This document shows positions 56,339-64,000 of a DNA stretch of 64,000 nt, piece by piece (the first letter of the stretch is position 1; every line of letters starts with the position of its first letter). The stretch comes from Eledone cirrhosa (lineage: Eukaryota), in NCBI GenBank assembly GCA_964016885.1, contig OZ024756.1, positions 21,080,001-21,144,000 of the forward strand. Reading direction: 5' to 3'. A model generated the notes under the pieces. It ran no database searches, was not told the DNA's origin, and worked only from the letters and a program-made list of their open reading frames with translations. The translations under genes were made by a program, and so were the position numbers.

Positions 56339-56370
<32 letters not shown>

Positions 56371-56466
56371 GCATATATGTATATATCTATGTATAATCTT
56401 TTACCTGTTCTAGCCATCCGGCTGAGGCCATGCTGGGGCACCGCCCTTGTTAAAATATCGGTATTT

Positions 56467-56539
56467 CGAGATTGCCAGGAGTCGAACCTGGAATCTCCTG
56501 ATCCGTAGTCAGGTGACTTATCCATTGCGCCACAAGTCC
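56467..56539 (-). tRNA. tRNA-Arg(ACG)-like gene, probably a pseudogene
   Basis: GGACTTGTGGCGCAATGGATAAGTCACCTGACTACGGATCAGGAGATTCCAGGTTCGACTCCTGGCAATCTCG (73 nt). Anticodon and T stems are perfect, A and B boxes are intact, and TTTT lies 11 nt downstream. The acceptor and D stems each have two mismatches. Confidence 0.75.
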
Positions 56540-56575
56540 AGGTTGTATATAGTTATGTATATGAGAGGGATAGAA

Positions 56576-56643
<68 letters not shown>

Positions 56644-56889
56644 CTATCTATATATATATATTTAAATGGTTTTCTCATACGTACATACATACACACATAC
56701 ACACATACTGCATACTACATACACACATATATACATACATGCACACATACTACATAATCCCCTAGCTACCTACATAACTACTTACATACTTACATACACA
56801 ATGTTGTTCTCATCTAAAACCATCCTAAGTCACCGTTGAAAATGGAACTAAAACTGTAAGTGTTCCACACTAAGTGCCGTCCGGGGAAA

Positions 56890-57275
56890 CGTTTGAAGAC
56901 CAACAGTTGACCACCACACATTAAGGTCTGCCCTCTTCACACCACAGATGTCCAAGGGAAGACGACAGTTCAAGACCAGTGGTTGACCATGCAGCAAATT
57001 CTCTCTTCTCCACACCACAGATGATGTCCAAGGTAAGACGACAGTTGAAGACCAGTAGTTGATCACCACACATTAAGGTCTTCCCTCTCCACACCACAGA
57101 TGATGTCCAAGGTAAGGCGACAGTTGAAGACCAGTAGTTGACCACCACACATTAAGGTCTTCCCTCTCCACACCACAGATGATGTCCAAGGAAAGGCGAC
57201 AGTTGAAGACCAGTTGTTGACCATGTAGTAAAGTCTTCCCTCACCACACCACAGATTATGTCCAAAGACAGTTGA
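56890..57275. repeat. Tandem repeat, ~79 bp x ~5
   Basis: acagttgaagaccagtagttgaccaccacacattaaggtcttccctctccacaccacagatgatgtccaagg. Confidence 0.85.
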
Positions 57276-57383
57276 CAGAGCTTAGCAGCAATCTTTTTTG
57301 CAGGCCGACTCAGAACTTATCTCTCTCTCTCTCTCTCTCTCTGTATATATATATACATATATATATATATATCGGTATAAATA

Positions 57384-57436
<53 letters not shown>

Positions 57437-57513
57437 ATAAATATATATGTATATATATATATATATATATATAGATAAATATACACGGGTGTGTATGATT
57501 GTGTATAGAAGAT

Positions 57514-57860
57514 TATATTAATAAGAGGAATTCCAACTTTGTCTGATTTACTCGTTTTATTTACAATCCTTTAAAATTTATTATGGTATTATAATGAAAT
57601 AGTACGCTAGAATATTAAATGTTAAGTGTTAATTGTGGTGTCAGTCAAGTTTGCAATTTTCAACAGTTGAAAATTGCAAACTTGACTGTCACCGCACATT
57701 ATGAACCTGAAGATTGCGAAAGCATGAAAGTACTTGTTCAATTAACACTTAACATTTAATATTCTAGCATACTATTTCATTATAATACCATAATAAATTT
57801 TAAAGGATTGTAAATAAAACGAGTAAATCAGACAAAGTTGGAATTCCTCTTATTAATATA
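57514..57860. mobile_element. Long palindrome (centre 57665) with an HHR in the right arm only
   Basis: The arms are reverse complements except for ~44 nt (57696-57739). Confidence 0.85.
57702..57740 (+). ncRNA. Minimal type I hammerhead ribozyme
   Basis: TGAAC-CTGAAGA-T-TGC-GAAA-GCA-T-GAAA-GTAC-TT-GTTCA. Confidence 0.8.
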
Positions 57861-57876
57861 TATATATATATATATA

Positions 57877-58826
57877 GCGGCGATGAATTAGTTTTGCGAG
57901 GTTTTTTATATGAAATCGTGTGTCGAAACAGATATTGTTATATTTGGGGAGGGTCATATTTGCGTAATATTGCCAGAATTAATAACAGAACACACTCACT
58001 GTTTGGTTGGTTTTCGCTTCTCGCTGTCTTTTATATATATATATCTGCGATCTAACTTACTCGGTCCTCAATGTTGCCATTGACTGACCGGCGGTCAAAA
58101 ATAATACAGATACAATATAGACAAACACATATATTTATAGTTTACATAAATCTTTCGTTGCACATCTGCAACATCGTCAGTGGTGTTATATTCATTGTTC
58201 CTCCTGTTGTGTTGTATGTCTACGCCATTTTTTTTTTTTTTTTTTTTTTTTGTGTTTGTCTATATTGTATCTGTATTATTTTTGACCGCCGGTCAGTCAA
58301 TGGCAACATTGAGGACCGAGTAAGTTAGATCGCAGATATATATATATAAAAGACAGCGAGAAGCGAAAACCAACCAAACAGTGAGTGTGTTCTGTTATTA
58401 ATTCTGGCAATATTACGCAAATATGACCCTCCCCAAATATAACAATATCTGTTTCGACACACGATTTCATATAAAAAACCTCGCAAAACTAATTCATCGC
58501 CGCTATATATATATATATAGACAGACTGAACAAAAAAAATGGCGTAGACATACAACACAACAGGAGGAACAATGAATATAACACCACTGACGATGTTGCA
58601 GATGTGCAACGAAAGATTTATGTAAACTATATATATATGTGTTTGTCTATATTGTATCTGTATTATTTTTGACCGCCGGTCAGTCAATGGCAACATTGAG
58701 GACCGAGTAAGTTAGATCGCAGATATATATATATAAAAGACAGCGAGAAGCGAAAACCAACCAAACAGTGAGTGTGTTCTGTTATTAATTCTGGCAATAT
58801 TACGCAAATATGACCCTCCCCAAATA

Positions 58827-58830
<4 letters not shown>
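57877..58830. mobile_element. Inverted plus tandem array of an HHR-bearing ~370-bp unit (PLE terminal-repeat-like)
   Basis: Minus copy at 57877-58235; plus copies at 58251-58504 and 58533-58830. HHRs at 58145-58182 (minus) and 58585-58622 (plus). Further family fragments at 320-642 and 60496-60572. Confidence 0.75.
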
Positions 58831-58865
<35 letters not shown>

Positions 58866-59042
58866 GTATGTAAGGATGTATACATATATATATATATATG
58901 TATATATATATGTATGTAAGGATGTATATATATGTATATATATATATGTATATAAGGATGTATATATATGTATATATATGTAAAGATGTATATATATATA
59001 TGTAAGTATATATATATATATATATATATATATGTGCATATT

Positions 59043-59074
<32 letters not shown>

Positions 59075-59414
59075 CATAATGAAAAACCTGATACTACCTA
59101 CTACACATTATAGCAGGTCGTTAAATGTTATGCGATAGTTTAGTTTCACAAGCAGAAACAACATTAACAGAGAGAGGGGGAGAGAGAGAGGGGGAGGGAA
59201 AGGTAATAAGGGGTGGATGAGGGAGGTAGTGGTGGTGAATGGGGGGGGGGGGGGTAGAAGGAGAGAAGAATTAGGGGGAAGATATAGGCGGGAAATAGTA
59301 GCTATCATTTCGTGTATGTCATTATTTACTCTTCCTGTCACCAATATATATAGAGGCGAAAATCCAGAGAAACAAGACTCACTATTTAGCCTTAATAAAA
59401 TATATATATATATA

Positions 59415-59479
<65 letters not shown>

Positions 59480-59605
59480 ATATATGTGTGTGTATATATG
59501 TTTGTGTATATATGTGTGTGTATATATATGTGTGTATATATATATATGTGTGTGTGTATATATTTATATGAGTGTGTGTGTCTGTATTTATATATATGAG
59601 TGTGT

Positions 59606-59648
<43 letters not shown>

Positions 59649-59663
59649 CACTATATATATTTG

Positions 59664-59740
<77 letters not shown>

Positions 59741-59778
59741 GGGAGAGTAAAATCCCGACCGGGGCGTCAAGTGTTTTC

Positions 59779-59844
<66 letters not shown>

Positions 59845-60806
59845 ATGTATACATGTATGTATATATGTACGTATGTCTGTTCGGTTTTATGTATGTATGT
59901 ATGTATATATGTATGTAGGCGCGTTTGTATTTTATATTCGTATCAGTATAAACCAATGAATTTAGTATAAACCATTTAATTTAGAAGTTGCATAATATAT
60001 ATATGTATATTAATATATATGTATATTAATATATATGTGTATACATATATATATTAATATATATATGTATACACATATATATTAATATATATATGTATAC
60101 ATATATATATTAATATATATATATGTATACATATATATAGATTAATATATACATTTATATTAATATATATATATATTAATATATATATGTATACATATAT
60201 ATATATTAATATATATATGTATACATATATATATATTAATATATATATGTATACATATATATATTAATATATATATGTATACATATATATATTAATATAT
60301 ATATATATATGTATACATATATATATATTAATATATATATATATTAATATATATATCTATACATATATATTAATATATATATATATATTAATATATATAT
60401 ATATATTAATATATATATATGTATTAATATATATATATGTATACATATATATATATTAATATATATATATATATTAATATATTAATATATTAATTAACCA
60501 AACAGTAAGTGTGTTCTGTTATTAATTCCGGCAATATTACACAAATATGACCCTCCCCAAGTATAACAATATATTAATATATATATATATATATATATAC
60601 ATATATATACATATATATATACACACATATATATATACACACATATATATATACACACATGTATATACATATACACACATATATATATATACACGTATAT
60701 ACATACATATATATATATATACGCATATATACATACATACATATATACGCATATATACATACATACATATATAAATATATATACATACACACACACACAC
60801 ATACAT

Positions 60807-60856
<50 letters not shown>

Positions 60857-60920
60857 GTATGCATGCATATATATATATGTGTATGCATGGTGTATATCTT
60901 TTTTATGTATGTTGGAACGA

Positions 60921-61131
60921 ACGATCGACTTTCGTCAAATCGGACCGAGGGAACAATGTTTCCGTTGGTCTTTCCAATTGCTAATACTATCTATCGGTCG
61001 CAACTCCAGGTAGAAAGAGCAACGTGAAATAAAGTGTCTTGCTCAAGGACATAACGCATCGCCTGGTCCAGGAATCGAACTCACAACCTTACGATTGCGA
61101 ATCCAATTCTCTAACCACTCCGCCACACGCC
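60921..61131 (-). mobile_element. tRNA-derived SINE family B (CORE-like)
   Basis: Minus strand: A box TGGCGGAGTGG, B box GTTCGATTCC, then tgtccttgagcaagacactttatttcacgttgctc. Confidence 0.8.
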
Positions 61132-61596
61132 TTCTATGTATGTAATATGTATATATTTTAATACTTTTATTGTCTTTTCTGACTTAACGCTTAATTTGTG
61201 TCAATGTGTGCATGTATGTGTGTGAGTGCATGTGTATGAGTGTTTGTATGTGAACATGTGTGTGTATGCGTGCATAGGAACGTGTGTTAGTGTGATTATG
61301 AGTATTTGTGTGTGTGTGTGTGACTGTGTATGTGTGTTTGTGTGGTTAACTGCTTGGTTTAGCTCGGCACTTACTTTAACGAAGTGTTAGAAAGCTAATA
61401 AATAACTAAGATTGTTTGATAGCAGATGTTAGCCAGCACTTAATACACTGGTGTATATATACATACATACATACATGCCTGCCTGCATACATATATGTAC
61501 GTATGTATTTATGAATCTTGGTGTGTATATATATGTATGCATATATGCATATATATATATATATATATATATGCATATATATATATATATATATGC

Positions 61597-61636
<40 letters not shown>

Positions 61637-61702
61637 GTATAAGTACGTATAATATGAGTATATATATATATGTGGTTACCTCCGATTCAACCCGGAATAA
61701 CG

Positions 61703-61739
<37 letters not shown>

Positions 61740-61879
61740 ATATGTATAAATGTATATATATATATTTGTATATGTATATATAGTATGAGTATATATATAT
61801 GCATATGTATAAATGTATATATATGCATATGTATAAATGTATATATATGCATATGTATATATATGCAGATGTATAAATG

Positions 61880-61920
<41 letters not shown>

Positions 61921-62045
61921 ATGTGTATGTATAATATATATATGAATATATATATATATGTGTAAATATAAATGTATATATATAAATATATATATATATG
62001 TGTGTGTGTGGGCGTATATATAAGTACGTATGTATGTATGTATAA

Positions 62046-62091
<46 letters not shown>

Positions 62092-62326
62092 CCAGGCATG
62101 CAGTTCAGTTTTGTTTAATTCAAGACCAGACGATCTCAAGTGACTGAACTGAAACAATTTGTCAGTTAAGTTTAGTTAACAACTGGTGTACCGAACAAAA
62201 ACCCATGTTTTCAATGCCTGCCAACTGTGGATGTTTGTATAGAAATTGATTTCTAATTTAGGGGGCACAAGACCAGCAAATGTGGGGGTTCGGGTGGAGG
62301 GAATACACATTGGCCCCGATCCTTAA

Positions 62327-63446
62327 CCCTTTAATGTTCAAACCGGCCAAAACCGGCCAGAATTCTCTACCTCTTTCTGTTGAAACTGGCTGTAACTGGC
62401 CACTCATACTGATGTTAAGGTATTGTTCTCAAAATAAATACTTTCAAAATCTCATAGATTCGATATTATGTGAGATAAGTATGTGAGATAAAGCCTTTAC
62501 CTTGAAAATATAATATAAAATATAGAGTAATGTGAATGTTATGTAAGGTAAAGCCTTTACCTTGAAAATATAATAGAAAATATAGAGTAATGTGAATGTT
62601 ATGTAAGGTAAAGCCTTTACCTTGAAAATATAATAGAAAATATAGAGTAATGTGAATGTTATGTAAGGTAAAGCCTTTACCTTGAAAATATAATAGAAAA
62701 TATAGAGTAATGTGAATGTTATGTAAGGTAAAGCCTTTACCTTGAAAATATAATAGAAAATATAGAGTAATGTGAATGTTATGTAAGGTAAAGCCTTTAC
62801 CTTGAAAATATAATAGAAAATATAGAGTAATGTGAATGTTATGTAAGGTAAAGCCTTTACCTTGAAAATATAATATAAAATATAGAGTAATGTGAATGTT
62901 ATGTAAGGTAAAGCCTTTACCTTGAAAATATAATAGAAAATATAGAGTAATGTGAATGTTATGTAAGGTAAAGCCTTTACCTTGAAAATATAATAGAAAA
63001 TATAGAGTAATGTGAATGTTATGTAAGGTAAATCCTTTACCATGAAAATATAATAGAAAATATAGAGTAATGTGAATGTTATGTAAGGTAAAGCCTTTAC
63101 CTTGAAAATATAATAGAAAATATAGAGTAATGTGAATGTTATGTAAGGTAAAGCCTTTACCTTGAAAATATAATAGAAAATATAGAGTAATGTGAATGTT
63201 ATGTAAGGTAAATCCTTTACCATGAAAATATAATAGAAAATATAGAGTAATGTGAATGTTATGTAAGGTAAATCCTTTACCATGAAAATATAATAGAAAA
63301 TATAGAGTAATGTGAATGTTATGTAAGGTAAAGCCTTTACCTTGAAAATATAATAGAAAATATAGAGTAATGTGAATGTTATGTAAGGTAAAGCCTTTAC
63401 CTTGAAAATATAATAGTAAATATAGAGTAATGTAAATGTTAATGGG
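62327..63446. mobile_element. TTAA-flanked (piggyBac-like) MITE interrupting a SINE A copy
   Basis: TTAA-ccctttaatgttca ... tgtaaatgttaatggg-TTAA. SINE halves at ~62248-62322 and ~63451-63520. Confidence 0.65.
62489..63441. repeat. 60-bp tandem repeat, ~16 near-identical copies
   Basis: taaagcctttaccttgaaaatataatagaaaatatagagtaatgtgaatgttatgtaagg. Confidence 0.95.
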
Positions 63447-64000
63447 TTAAAGGATACTTTATTTTGTCGATATCGGAAGGATGAAAGTAAAAGTTGTCCT
63501 CAGTGAGATTTGAACTCTGATATTGCTTCTTGATATATATATGTGTGTGTGAATGTGTGTGGTGTGTGTCTGCATGTATGTGTGTGTTTGTTTGTTTTTA
63601 TGTGTGTGTGTGAGTTTGTGTGTATGAATGTGCGTATATGTTTCTCCGTGTATGTGTGCGTTTGTTTGTTTTTATGTGTGGGTGTGATTTTGTATGTATG
63701 TGTGTGTACGTGTCTCCGTGTATGTGTTTGTTTGTGTGTGTTTGTGTGTATGAATGTGAGTATATGTGTCTCCGGGTGTGTGTGTGTGTGAGTTTGTTTC
63801 TATGTGTGAATGTGTCGGTATGTGTCTGCGTGTATGTGTGTGCATATGTGTGTTTGTGTGTGTGTGTGCATATGTGTTTATGTATGTGCATGTGTCGTAT
63901 GTGCATATGAAAAGTTTAGTCTTCATTTTGATGGAGGAAATTTGGATCAACAAGATAAATATTTATTTCTACATTTGTTAAAGCCAAGCATCATCGGACA

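Noticed and set aside
62444-63283. 279-aa ORF with a 20-aa repeat
   Set aside because: By-product of a 60-bp tandem unit that happens to have a stop-free frame.

Overview
Non-coding, repeat-saturated animal genomic DNA, most likely an octopus or other cephalopod. This is inferred from the SINE families and the extreme (TA)n/(CA)n/(TATG)n microsatellite load; it was not tested. No host protein-coding exon can be supported. Almost all ORFs in the track are translated microsatellites, and the few protein-like ones are decayed LINE fragments (R4/Dong-like, Vingi/Ingi-like, Tx1/L1-like, RTE-like). The window holds many tRNA-derived SINEs, several MITEs (pogo/Tigger-, mariner-, hAT- and piggyBac-like), tandem arrays and one degenerate tRNA-Arg(ACG). 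The most notable signal is about 20 minimal type I hammerhead-ribozyme (HHR) motifs from many unrelated short families. They usually lie between (TA)n tracts, most have a palindromic stem III and a nearby AATAAA, and many are in fold-back inverted repeats. This matches the known architecture of Penelope-like element (PLE) terminal repeats. They include a family with a non-canonical CCGANGA core and a long stem II, and a U3:A8 core variant. All folds were read by eye, none is shown to be active, and repeat boundaries are approximate.
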